A stretch of DNA of 55,073 nucleotides from an uncultured Eubacterium sp. (GTDB lineage Bacteria; Bacillota; Clostridia; Peptostreptococcales; Anaerovoracaceae). Shown here piece after piece: positions 1 through 9,890 of this stretch. Positions within the stretch are counted from its first letter, which is position 1. Every line of letters starts with the position of its first letter. The position numbers and the translations under genes are program-made. The DNA lies in NCBI GenBank assembly GCA_905193765.1, contig CAJJPZ010000001.1, positions 1 through 55,073 on the forward strand, read 5' to 3'. The notes below the pieces were generated by a model. It worked only from the letters and a program-made list of their open reading frames with translations, was not told the origin of the DNA and made no database searches.

Positions 1-1023
1 TACTCCATATCCGCCATCGAGGTCGAAGGTCATGAGGTAGTAGTTTCTGTCGTAGTAGATCTCGACTACTGTTGAGCCGTCTGCTGCGATCTTTGTGGTC
101 GTATCATAAAGAAGCACTGTGAAGCCTGTGTATGTTTTTGCGAGTTTATCGCCTACGGCTGATTCTGTGTAGCCTTTCTTTGTTTCTGTGTCTTTCAGTG
201 TATAGTTATCGTTGTCTATGTTCTGCTGGTAGTGTTTTACTGTGAACTCTACTTCAGCAGGCTTATATGTTACTGTATATGTTTTATCTCCCTGTATGCC
301 TGTAACATCAACATCTACTGTTGCCTGATCGGGTGCATATCCCATAACTGTCGGTGATGTTACTGTCTGGCTGTAGCTGCTGCCCTTTGCAACGGTTGCT
401 GTCCATGGGTTGGCTGCCTGTTTACCATCTGCGAAAACATAGTTTATGATTATGCTGTATGTGCTGTTTTCCTCACCGTCATTGGCTGCTGTGATCTCAT
501 CATCTGCCTGTGGTGTCGGGTCGGTGGCTGTCTTTGCGGCTGCTTTGCGTATCTCGGCTTTTGTCGGGTGCGCTGCTGCTTCCGCTCTGACTTTTTCGCC
601 TGCTGTGACTCTTACTGCGTCGCTGGTCAGTGTTTTGCTGCCGTCCTTGATTTTGCATCTCAGGCTCGTGCTGCCGGTGTCTTTGTCGATGAGGTTGCGG
701 ACCATCGGATATGATACGCTGATTTCTGCGGCTTTCTCACCTCTAATATCGACCCAGAGTTCAGGATCCGCAGAGGCGAGGATCTGCCACTGATATTTTG
801 CATCTGCAGAAACTCCTGCCTTGGCAGTGAGCCTGGTCTTCTGATCTTTAGGACCGTTCTTCGGCAGGGTCACGTCCTGAACGGCGGTGCCCTGTGCGTC
901 GGTAACGGTTATATCTTTAGTTCCTGCTGCCTGTGCTGTCATGGCTGTCTGGCAGAATGTGGTCGCTATCATCACAAAGCAAAGCAGGAATGACAGTATT
1001 TTTGATTTTGTGGTCTTAGTCAT
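1..1023 (-). CDS. Large secreted/cell-surface protein, N-terminal part (MucBP-like and InlB B-repeat/Listeria-Bacteroides-repeat-like segments); runs off window start
   Basis: Not in ORF track (no stop in window). RBS AAAGGAGG at 1033-1040, ATG at 1023; reads MTKTTKSKILSFLLCFVMIATTFCQTAMTAQAA (signal peptide), later YSIIINYVFADGKQAA...SPTVMGYAPD and YTVKHYQQNIDNDNY...VEIYYDRNYYLMTFDLDGGYG. Confidence 0.75.
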   Translation of the reverse strand, partial: MTKTTKSKILSFLLCFVMIATTFCQTAMTAQAAGTKDITVTDAQGTAVQDVTLPKNGPKDQKTRLTAKAGVSADAKYQWQILASADPELWVDIRGEKAAEISVSYPMVRNLIDKDTGSTSLRCKIKDGSKTLTSDAVRVTAGEKVRAEAAAHPTKAEIRKAAAKTATDPTPQADDEITAANDGEENSTYSIIINYVFADGKQAANPWTATVAKGSSYSQTVTSPTVMGYAPDQATVDVDVTGIQGDKTYTVTYKPAEVEFTVKHYQQNIDNDNYTLKDTETKKGYTESAVGDKLAKTYTGFTVLLYDTTTKIAADGSTVVEIYYDRNYYLMTFDLDGGYGV

Positions 1024-1042
1024 GTATCATTTCCTCCTTTAC

Positions 1043-1636
1043 TCATTCTCCGTCTGTGCCGGTCGGGTCTGTGTCGGGCCAGCCTGCTGCGCTGAATACG
1101 TCAGTGCCGTTGTTTTTGACCTGGGTGGCCTGGGCGCTGACTTTGATCACGGCCTGACTGTTCTGGTACATGTTGCCCATGTCCGGGTCGAAAGTCACGT
1201 TACGGAACAGTGGCTCAGTGGTGTTTCCGGCTGCCAGCGGCTTGTTGTAATAGTAGTAGCCGTCTTTGAGAGTCCAGCTGCTGCTGTCGTAGTCGATGCT
1301 GATGAGGTCTGTGTCCGGGGTGCCCTGAACGCCCTCAGCCAGCTGGATCGCTTTGTCCACGCTGATCCTTATGTATGCCGGGTTGCTGCCGGTGTTCTCG
1401 ACTCTGACGATTTTGGAAACCTCCTGACCGGGCATCACATTGTAGACGTCCTGCGACTCTTTGAAAGGTATCTCGGTGTCATTCACGAGTGCTGTTTCCT
1501 GAAGTTCGATCTTGATGTTGCCGGATGTGATGACGTTTCTGGCGGTGTCTGCCGTGTTGAAATACGCGATGGTCGTGTAGATCAGTACTGAGAGACATAT
1601 GGCCAGGACTGCTCCGGCTGCGACTTTCTTTTTCAT
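1043..1636 (-). CDS. TasA/camelysin-like protein with SipW-cognate signal peptide
   Basis: MKKK-hydrophobic-TIAYFNT..ARNVITSGNIKIEL N-terminus; MPG..VSKIVRVENTGS motif; C-terminal AQATQ; RBS AAGGAG. Confidence 0.85.
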   Translation of the reverse strand: MKKKVAAGAVLAICLSVLIYTTIAYFNTADTARNVITSGNIKIELQETALVNDTEIPFKESQDVYNVMPGQEVSKIVRVENTGSNPAYIRISVDKAIQLAEGVQGTPDTDLISIDYDSSSWTLKDGYYYYNKPLAAGNTTEPLFRNVTFDPDMGNMYQNSQAVIKVSAQATQVKNNGTDVFSAAGWPDTDPTGTDGE

Positions 1637-2098
1637 AGGTGATAGCTCCTTGTCTTTGATTTTATCGACTCTGGTTTTTGTGCAAAATCAGGGCGGTGCC
1701 TGTCTGCGTGTTGTGTTTGGCGGCCTCCCAACCGCTGCTGACACTAATGTATGCCTGCGCGCCTGCTGACTGCGACCGGCCGTGTCTCCGTCTTGTGTGG
1801 TGACGGGTGGCTCTAGTGCTGTCTGCCGGTGCGGCACAGGGCATATATGAATATCCGTGAGTCAGTGACGGATACTCATGTATGCCCTGCTCCGAAGAAC
1901 AGGGTATACAAAATTGCTTGAGGAATGTCCGGACCAGGTGTTTGCAAAACCCTCCGGACATATATAAATAATCGCCCCTTACGCACAGTGTAAACAACAT
2001 GCGTAAAAGATTTGCAATTATGGATCGTTGGGGTTATCCAGTGAATATATCATCGCTGGACAGCTATGTATGTAAAATCCTGAGATTTTAATACATGA

Positions 2099-2878
2099 CT
2101 ATTTCCATGGGTTGTAGTTTGCTCCGAATGCATCATTAATAGCAGCTGATGCATTGTCAAATCCGGCAGCCTGAACAGCTACAGCGAATACAGGGCACTT
2201 GATACCGTCTTTTTCTATATCAAAGTCAAAATCAAGTGCTTTACCAAAGGCATAGTACTTACCATCTTTATAATCGAATGATTTATCAAGATATACACCC
2301 TGAACAAACTGCTCTGTTGTAGCTCCAGCTGGTACAACTGTTGCATAGTCAGCATAGTAAACGTTGTAGTTTACGCCATCGATATTTGTTTCAAAGTAGT
2401 TCCATTTATTATCTGTCTTCCAGATCCATTCATTTCCATAAGTTGTTGTTATCGTTCCATCTTTTACCTTATTACCAAAGTTGAAGTGGAGTACATTAAG
2501 GCCTGCATTGAAAGTTTCTTCTCCGTCATCCAGCGCTGAAGGGATCGCGAAGTATGCTCTGATGTAAGCATCGTTCTTACCTGTATTAGTTACAGTTACC
2601 ATCTTGTCTACATAGTTCGCTGCGGTAGGCATTCCGAACTGGTCTTTCTCGCCCTGTGCTGATCCAACGATCGGGTTGAGGACCTTGTTCTGTTCGAAGG
2701 CTTCTAAAGCATCACCCTTATCGTTTCTCTGCTGTTCGTTTAATTCAATCTTCACATTTCCTGTTGTGAACACGTTGTCTGCATTATCTGTGTCTGTGAA
2801 GTATGCCAGTGATGCGCCGATCACGCCGATCACGAGAAGTGCTACTACCAGACTGCATGTTACGATTTTCTTTTTCAT
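2099..2878 (-). CDS. TasA-like protein with SipW-cognate signal peptide
   Basis: GASLAYFTDTD.ADNVFTTGNVKIELNE; KMVTVTNTGKNDAYIR; C-terminal AVAVQAAGF. Confidence 0.85.
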   Translation of the reverse strand: MKKKIVTCSLVVALLVIGVIGASLAYFTDTDNADNVFTTGNVKIELNEQQRNDKGDALEAFEQNKVLNPIVGSAQGEKDQFGMPTAANYVDKMVTVTNTGKNDAYIRAYFAIPSALDDGEETFNAGLNVLHFNFGNKVKDGTITTTYGNEWIWKTDNKWNYFETNIDGVNYNVYYADYATVVPAGATTEQFVQGVYLDKSFDYKDGKYYAFGKALDFDFDIEKDGIKCPVFAVAVQAAGFDNASAAINDAFGANYNPWK

Positions 2879-3376
2879 AAGTAATTAGTCCTTTCTCATA
2901 GTAAATAACTTTTGGTTTTTGTGCAGGTCTCCGCTGCTGCGGGGCTGCTGCTGTCATCATGTCCAGTGCGCGGCGGTCCCTGTTTCGGTCAGGTGCCGGT
3001 GTGCTCGTGGCACGGACATCATGAGCGCAGTGCCCTCAGTCCGCTTTCGAACCTGCCTGTATGAAAATATCCTGCGGATATCTCCCGTCGTCTGTACGCA
3101 AAGCATCTGTCATGCTGCCGGCCCTGCAGCTTCGCTCTGCAAAAACCTATTAATGATCCATGGACCACCGGAGCGGTCCACAGATCTTAGAACATGCAGC
3201 CCCACGATCAGAAGAACGTGGCGCCTGCCTTGCGGCCGAAATAAATTTTACATACACCCGGCTGACAGGAGCATCCATGCCCCCGGTCCCGCGTTGTTAT
3301 GACGATGCGGGAACCATGTCAATCAGCGGTGATCCGCTGGGGATGGGTGGGTATGTAGGAGTTAGTTGCCAGTTGC

Positions 3377-3958
3377 TTATTTGCTAACTTCATCCCATGC
3401 TGCTGCTGGAGTATCAAATCCGTCTTTCTGGATGGCATAGCCATAAACATCTATTTTAGCGTTGCTATAAGTTGAAACATCTGCATCATCCTTTATCTTG
3501 AAAGCTCCGAAAACAGCTAAGTCTGTTGCTGCTGTAGAAGAAGTGTAGTTCTTGTAGTATACGCCTGCAGCTCCTTCTAAAGCAGTCCAGCCATTAGCTT
3601 TTATCTGATCAGCAATCGTTGTATCAGCTTCTATTGCAGAAAGACCATTTTCAACCTTAACGAAGATCCAGCTGTCTTCACTGTCAGCGGCTACGTGTAT
3701 GGTAGGGTCTTTAGTGTATTCATGTCCCGGGATGAGCTTGTAGGTATTAGCCTTTACACGATCTGCGTCTGCGACTGGTGCTCCCATATCAGTTACGTTA
3801 GCCTCGTCTAACGTAATAGCTACTTTACCAACAGTAAATGTATTATTTACCTGGTCTTTTGACGTCAGGAACGCCATTGTTCCGAGCACGCTGGCTACTA
3901 CGAGCGCCGCTGCGCACAGAACCGTTAAAAAAACTTTCTTCTTACTTTTCATTTTCAT
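3377..3958 (-). CDS. TasA-like protein with SipW-cognate signal peptide
   Basis: LGTMAFLTSKDQVNNTFTVGKVAITLDE; LIPG..YTKDPTIHV; C-terminal GYAIQKDGF; RBS AGGAGGAG. Confidence 0.85.
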   Translation of the reverse strand: MKMKSKKKVFLTVLCAAALVVASVLGTMAFLTSKDQVNNTFTVGKVAITLDEANVTDMGAPVADADRVKANTYKLIPGHEYTKDPTIHVAADSEDSWIFVKVENGLSAIEADTTIADQIKANGWTALEGAAGVYYKNYTSSTAATDLAVFGAFKIKDDADVSTYSNAKIDVYGYAIQKDGFDTPAAAWDEVSK

Positions 3959-4119
3959 TCTCCTCCTGTGAAAATTGATTTTAATTGTTTCTTACATGCG
4001 GGCGCTCTCAGGCGATTTCCCACTATGTCCTCTGCTCTTTGATGCAGCTTCCTGCGCAGGTGAGCATCCTGCTTCCATTTATAAACAGCTCCCCATTATT
4101 ACAAGAAGCGCGTTTATCG

Positions 4120-4803
4120 TTACTGTTTATCCACCCATCTGTACCGCACGGTGCCGTCGTCAGGACGGGGGATCTGCTGCCCGGATTTTGCACGGGGTTC
4201 CGCGGGAGCGGGGTCTGTGCCGGAGCCCGGGGTGGCGTCTGTGCTGTCTTCGTCGTCCTTTTTCCGGCGGCCTCGGCCTTTGCTGTCCTTATCCTTGTCC
4301 TTGTCGTCAAAGAGGTCGGGCAGGAACACCAGCAGGATTATGATGGCTGCGGCGGCCAGTGCCAGGTATCTGCCGGGCGGGTCTTTGACGTAGCCGGCGA
4401 AATAGCCCAGGTACGGTATGGTGAATACGGGCTTGCCGATCAGGTTTTTGTAGTGCACCGGGGATGCGTCGGGATATTCGTTGGCATCGCCCTGTGTGTA
4501 AAAGTGCTGATTCGGGTCGTCTATTTTTATTACTCTGTGCGTTGCGACGGTGAGATTTTCATCGAGAACGAAGGTTATGGGGTCGCCTACCCTGATGTCC
4601 TGAGGGTCGGTTTTCTTGACGTATATCAGGGAGCCTGTGTGGTAGGTGGGTTCCATGGAGCCGGAGAGCACGCTGTAGGTCTGGAAGCCGATGAGTTTGG
4701 CTCCTGCCAGGAGTGCTGCTGCGACGACTACCATCGCCACCAGGACTGTTGTTATGATGTTGTAGATCTTCCTGCCTGTTGTCTGCTGACTTCTTCTTCT
4801 CAA
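4120..4803 (-). CDS. sipW: Signal peptidase I, SipW/ER-type (S26B)
   Basis: VLSGSMEPT catalytic Ser, GDPITF, THRV His, TQGDAN, GKPVFTIPYLGY; adjacent SipW-class substrates. Confidence 0.92.
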   Translation of the reverse strand: MRRRSQQTTGRKIYNIITTVLVAMVVVAAALLAGAKLIGFQTYSVLSGSMEPTYHTGSLIYVKKTDPQDIRVGDPITFVLDENLTVATHRVIKIDDPNQHFYTQGDANEYPDASPVHYKNLIGKPVFTIPYLGYFAGYVKDPPGRYLALAAAAIIILLVFLPDLFDDKDKDKDSKGRGRRKKDDEDSTDATPGSGTDPAPAEPRAKSGQQIPRPDDGTVRYRWVDKQ

Positions 4804-5343
4804 TTCTTCACCTTTTGGTTTTGGCCCGGGATCGTGTTGTGTCCGGGGCCGTATGTATGTCTGTTTGTTTTGTGTTGTCCGTGTGTTTATGTCTGCGTGT
4901 TTGATCGTCTGTGTTTCGGCGCCGTGCGGTGTATGTGCTGACTGGCTGCTGCCGTGTCCGCTGCTCCTGCTGCGGTCGCATGGTCATGAAAGTTCTGTCT
5001 GTGATGTGCTGCTGTGATCGGGGTCTGTCCGGCTGGTGTCATATGATCTGCTGGTTATCCGTTGATGACTGGTGAGTGTGATGTACTTGCTTGGGTGGGA
5101 TCCTTGCGGATCGATATTACCTCGCTCTATATGATCATGATCCGTCGGGTCATGATTCACTTTGCTCAGTGATCCATCTGCCGATGCTATGACAATATAC
5201 CTGTCTATATATCCGGTACTCCGAAAATCTGTATGCTTTTTCCTTCTGACCTTGTATGCTTGCGCCTGTTACGGCACTTGTAATTTTATGTTAAAATATG
5301 TGTATATTATCCAAAATGACCTTCCTGGCCTTTTGCGTTCGGT

Positions 5344-5372
5344 ATATTACCACAATTTTTTAGATACTTCAA
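5344..5372 (-). promoter_or_regulatory. Candidate sigma-A promoter for sipW operon
   Basis: Minus strand TTGAAG-17 bp-TAATAT with TG extension, in AT-rich stretch. Confidence 0.5.
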
Positions 5373-5515
5373 GTGCTTTGTAACAAAAAGCATCATATAT
5401 GTAATAATTAACGCTTTTACGGTATTTTTGTGGTTATGAGACGGTTAGAAAACTCAAAAAACCGACGCAAAACCCTTGCTATTACTAGGATTTCATGCCG
5501 TTTTTTGAGGCGGTT

Positions 5516-5532
5516 TTCGACAAAATTCGACA
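5516..5532. promoter_or_regulatory. Tandem Spo0A-box-like motifs (TTCGACA x2, 10-bp period)
   Basis: TTCGACA at 5516-5522 and 5526-5532 (reverse complement TGTCGAA matches TGNCGAA); third copy at 5762-5768. Confidence 0.4.
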
Positions 5533-6196
5533 CTGGTTTCGGGGTCGGATTTGGAGGATAAATCTGGATTTACAGGGTTTTTATAGGTGGTTTTTGTGGC
5601 TGTTAAGAAGCTCTTCGCAGCATGTGCGGATGGCGGATAATCGAAGCCTGACACGCTTGTTTTTATCCATATAATAGGGTTTATGGCATGTATTATACAG
5701 GGTTTTTATGGGATTTATTCTCATTTTATAGTTATGATGGATTTTATTTGATTTGATTGTGTTCGACAGTCAATATAACACATTCAAGACATGATGTATG
5801 TCTTTACACATAGCATGATGTACTGCATCGACACAACAGAGATAAGAGATGCCAGACTCGGATCGCCGCTGTCGTAACGATAGCTCACACGGAATCATCT
5901 TCATAAGGCTATGATGATGTGTGGTATCGCCACCGACGACGGCACTTACGGGTCCAAGATGTGATACTGATTGAACCGGTCATACTGCTGTGAAGAAATC
6001 CATTGTATTCTGAAAAGAGTCCGATACTAAATCTTCATATGTCTAACCTGTCCAACGTTTCCCCTAACCTCATTATCCTGCGCCGGGCTGCAAACTCGTC
6101 GGTCTTGGTTTTCTTCTACATAATATATATTATTCAGATGAGGCTGTACATCGAGGTACATGGATGCCATGGATCACGACGATGTCTGTGGCCGAT

Positions 6197-6503
6197 GGTA
6201 GAGTTTTGATGGCTTTCTTCTCAGAAACCTACCGCTGGGTTGCATATCTGTGGTTACAGTGTGTCCAGCAGCTGTGGATGGTAGAGTTTCGCGGACTTTT
6301 TTTCTGAAAATCTACCCATTTGCACGGCGACCTGCATCCATCAGCATGATTTTCCAGATAAAGTCAGCCAATCCGGCACCGAGCGTAGGTTTTTGAAAAT
6401 TTTACATGAAAAACTCTACCCTCAGCGCCACGCCTAACCGTCTCACCAGAACATCTAACTCCATGCGGTAGGTTTTCCGAAATTTTTCACACGAAACTCT
6501 ACC
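6197..6503. repeat. Phased GTAG-palindrome quartet, copy 1 (307 bp)
   Basis: 37-bp sites start at 6197, 6280 (forward), 6384, 6467 (reverse); spacing 83/104/83. Confidence 0.95.
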
Positions 6504-6504
6504 A

Positions 6505-6630
6505 TCGAACTCAGACAGTCTCCGAGCTCAAACTATCGAACCCAAACAGTCCCCAAACAAAACCACCAGACCCAGACAGCACCCCGAGCTCAAGCCATCA
6601 GACTCAAACAGACCCCGAGCCAAACCATCA
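6505..6630. repeat. Degenerate ~29-30 bp tandem repeat (CAGACAG..CCGAGCTCAA.C.ATC), about 4 units
   Basis: ctcagacagtctccgagctcaaactatc / cccaaacagtccccaaacaaaaccacc / cccagacagcaccccgagctcaagccatc / ctcaaacagaccccgagccaaaccatc. Confidence 0.6.
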
Positions 6631-7176
6631 TCACCAGGCAGGAGCGTCACCAGCCAGTCAGGCGAGCCGAGGCAGACCTGATTCAAACCATCTCTCAGCC
6701 CTGCCTAAGCTAGCTCAATCTGAGTCGCCACTCTCAGCACGCCTGCTCCTAGTGAAACCCAGCTTTGCCAACCTGACTCGCCACTCTGATGACAGTATAT
6801 CAACCATCAAACCCACATCTGAAGCCGTCAACTGCAGCCGCCTTTTGACGCCACATCTGTGGTGCCTGCACAGGTCTGTCCCTCAGACGTCATTGCAACG
6901 CGTATCGTCATTTAACATTTCAGACACGCCTGCCATTAAAATGACAACATACCTGACAGCATATCTGCCCCTAAAGCCATCCTCATATCTGCAACATGTC
7001 CCCTGCCAGACCGCCATGCTCCTAACCTGTTCATCATCCGTTCTGACCTCATGCCACCGCACTTACCTGTGTGTCTGTCAGCTTGATTTTACACGTCCTG
7101 CCGAGCCGGATCCGGCGGCGCCAGTTTCTCCTGCCAATCACATTCGCTGGCCACACTCGCCGGACAGGTCCGCCAT

Positions 7177-8607
7177 TCACATTCTCGGCAGGATATTGTC
7201 TTCGATGAAATGCCTTATTGCTTTCAGGTCTATGTTGCCGCCGGACTCATATGTGAAATATATGTTTTTCCATGGGACTATGCCGTTGCGCTCGTACAGA
7301 TTCTTTTTCCAGATGTGATGGTCGACGTATTTCGGGTCGTCCATCATGCCGCAGTACTCCCAGTAGAACTTCAGCAGATCTGCTCCTCTGAATGTAAAGT
7401 CCGGGACCAGCATGAATCCCTCGATATAAAGCGGTTCTTCGTATCTGAACGGAATGCCGTACTGATACAGCAGCTCTGCGATCATGACTTCGGATTTCGA
7501 ACGCATATGGAGTCCGCGGGATGTGATCTTATCCTTGCCCTCAGGGCGCTTGTCGCTTTGCCGATAGGGGGCTTCGCTCCATTCCTTGTGAGCCTGGAGC
7601 CTTGATTTTGCATATGCATCGGAGGACATGAGCAGACTGTCGGCTCCCGGAGATACGCCCTGCACGGCCAGTGGCTCATGCGGCGGGGCAGTCGTCACCG
7701 GGGACTGGACTATGTACATACCTGAATCGGTCCGGGTGATTCTCGCAGTGTTGTCCGGGGTACGGGCTGGTGTGTTCGATCGGCCGCGCCTGTTTGCAAA
7801 GGTGCCGGTGCCGTCCGGAAATACTGCGGAATTTATGCTGCTGCCTTTTGCCCTGGCCACTGCCGGCGCTTCCACTGCTGTCGCCTCTGCAAAAATGGCA
7901 GCCCGACCCGAAGGCTTGCTGTCTGCGCCGTTTCGCCTGCTGCCTGCGGTATCTGGCACCATATCTCCGTTGCCGCCAGTGGTGCTGCCATCTGTATCGT
8001 GGCTGCCAGCCTCCCCGGACTCCCCGGCACTGTGCCCATTCGTTCTGGCGCCGATGCCCGCAAGGTGCTCTGATGTGGCTCTTGATATTTGCGTATGATC
8101 ATCCCCGGCCCCGGGACCCCCACCACGGCCTGTCCTGCTTCCAGTCCCGGCTCCTTGTGGAGACTCCGGTGATCCCGGCAGCGCAGCAACTGCGTGGTCT
8201 GCTTCAGATTCACCATTATTCATTGCCCCCGCTCCCCTGTAAAAGAAATATTTCTCCGGCAGCGATCTGTACGCCCGCTTCATTTCCCCGATCACACTGG
8301 CAGGGTCGAAAGTCGTGAACTTCCGCACCATGCTCCCCATGAGACCGATATTGCGGTCGATCCCCTCAAGCGTCTGTCCCAGGAATTCCTTTCGCGCCAG
8401 CCGCATCTGCACATCCTTGTCGCCGGTGATCCCCTTGTAGACAGTCCTGCCGTTGACATTCCGGGCATGAAAATACCTGTATCTGTCTCCCTGTTTCGTC
8501 ATATTCAGCTTGCCATCCGGACAGCTGTCGTACTCCTTCTGCAAAATCTCCCGCTGCTGCTTCATCGCCTGCAGTATTTCATCGAGTTTGTCTGCATAAA
8601 ATTCCAT
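7177..8607 (-). CDS. Hypothetical protein with C-terminal Vsr/DUF559-like (PD-(D/E)XK-type) putative endonuclease domain and ~210-aa low-complexity insert
   Basis: RSKSEVMIAELLYQYGIPFRYE...PDFT...WEYCGMMDDPKY; aligns by eye with 54056..54856 at both ends; RBS GAGGTGAGGG. Confidence 0.7.
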   Translation of the reverse strand: MEFYADKLDEILQAMKQQREILQKEYDSCPDGKLNMTKQGDRYRYFHARNVNGRTVYKGITGDKDVQMRLARKEFLGQTLEGIDRNIGLMGSMVRKFTTFDPASVIGEMKRAYRSLPEKYFFYRGAGAMNNGESEADHAVAALPGSPESPQGAGTGSRTGRGGGPGAGDDHTQISRATSEHLAGIGARTNGHSAGESGEAGSHDTDGSTTGGNGDMVPDTAGSRRNGADSKPSGRAAIFAEATAVEAPAVARAKGSSINSAVFPDGTGTFANRRGRSNTPARTPDNTARITRTDSGMYIVQSPVTTAPPHEPLAVQGVSPGADSLLMSSDAYAKSRLQAHKEWSEAPYRQSDKRPEGKDKITSRGLHMRSKSEVMIAELLYQYGIPFRYEEPLYIEGFMLVPDFTFRGADLLKFYWEYCGMMDDPKYVDHHIWKKNLYERNGIVPWKNIYFTYESGGNIDLKAIRHFIEDNILPRM

Positions 8608-8999
8608 TCCCTCACCTCTTTTACTTTAAACCAGCACCGCCTGGACAGGCGGCATAATATACACATTGCTTCTGTTTACAGTTCGTCTGGCTTGATCCGC
8701 AAACATCTCAAAGCCAACGCTGCATCCCACCAGGAGCCACATACCGACAGGTTACTTGATCACACGGCTTTGTCCGCGGATACCGGCCTGTTTTCCCTTT
8801 GGGGTTCCTTTGGCTTTGTTCATCTTGTGTTATTTTGAAATTTTTCCTTTATTTGTATTTATGCTAACACACCTCGCGCCTCGTAGCAACCATTTTATTG
8901 AATTAATTTCTTTTTTTACTAATTTTATTTCAAATCAGCATGTCAGTGTGGCAATATGAACAGGTATATGATCCGTATCCGGCTCTGGCCGGGAGCAAT

Positions 9000-9305
9000 G
9001 GTAGAGTTTTGGAGTAAAAAATTCGAAAAACCTACTGCGTCAGACCGGCAGTGCCAGCCGGAGATCCTGAGCATGTATCGAGAGTAGAGTTTCTTAGACA
9101 AAAAATCAAAAAACCTACCTCCGGCGCATGATCCGCCGATATTGACAGGGAAATAATGTCAAAATCAGCCTGGTTTTAACCCGGTGAGTAGATTTTTCTG
9201 AAATAAGCTTCAAAAACTCTACCATAGACAGTCCGTACAGTGGCCGGAAGCAAATGATCCCAGAGCCGGGGTAGGTTTTTCAGAAAAAAAGCTCAAAACT
9301 CTACT
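9000..9305. repeat. Phased GTAG-palindrome quartet, copy 2
   Basis: Sites start at 9000, 9083, 9187, 9270 (last is 36 bp); spacing 83/104/83. Confidence 0.95.
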
Positions 9306-9890
9306 GTCACAATATATTTACGGCCATCAGGCCTTACGACCCATAACGATGAAGTTTCATCCTGCTGCTAAAAAACTGTTAAAATCCAGGAACAGGCGAT
9401 ATAGGTGTGGCCTGCCCTGACTTTCCACCTGTCTCAGAGTCTGCCCCGGGAGGTTGCCCACGGTCCGGCAGTCCTGCCGGATCAGTGCTTAAACATCTTA
9501 TTTGCATTATGGATATCATGAAAAATGCGTATCCTTCGTGATATGGCCGGATCTCACTCCGAATGGCCTGAACAGGTGGGCGAGCCCGTCCTCGCCTTCA
9601 CTGCCGCAACCTGCACGGATCACGAAAGGATCAAAATCCACATCCGATCCACAAGGCTGCTTCCATAGCAGACCTGTACGCCGGCTCCGGCCAACCGCCG
9701 AGATATATCCGCGGTCCCAGCAACTCCACCGGCTGCGACCAACCGCCGAGATGTGCCCGGAAAAACCTCGCCGCATGCTGTCAAGGGGGCGCTCAGACAA
9801 AACAGCGATGTAATGTTTGCCGGCTAGATCCGATACTCAGCCGACGCCAGCCGCGTGCTGTCAGAACGCCCGGCCAGTGATCCCGAAAAA

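Noticed and set aside
5440..5500. c-di-GMP-I riboswitch-like GACGCAAAACC
   Set aside because: On the strand opposite sipW and lacks the GGCAAACC/GNRA P1 and P2 pairing
6197..6503. CRISPR array reading of the 37-bp repeats
   Set aside because: Repeat centres vary, orientation flips mid-array, copy number is fixed at 4 or 2, linkers recur between loci, no cas genes in window
9000..9305. Integron attC cassette sites
   Set aside because: No RYYYAAC/GTTRRRY core, no integrase, flanking genes are housekeeping rather than cassettes
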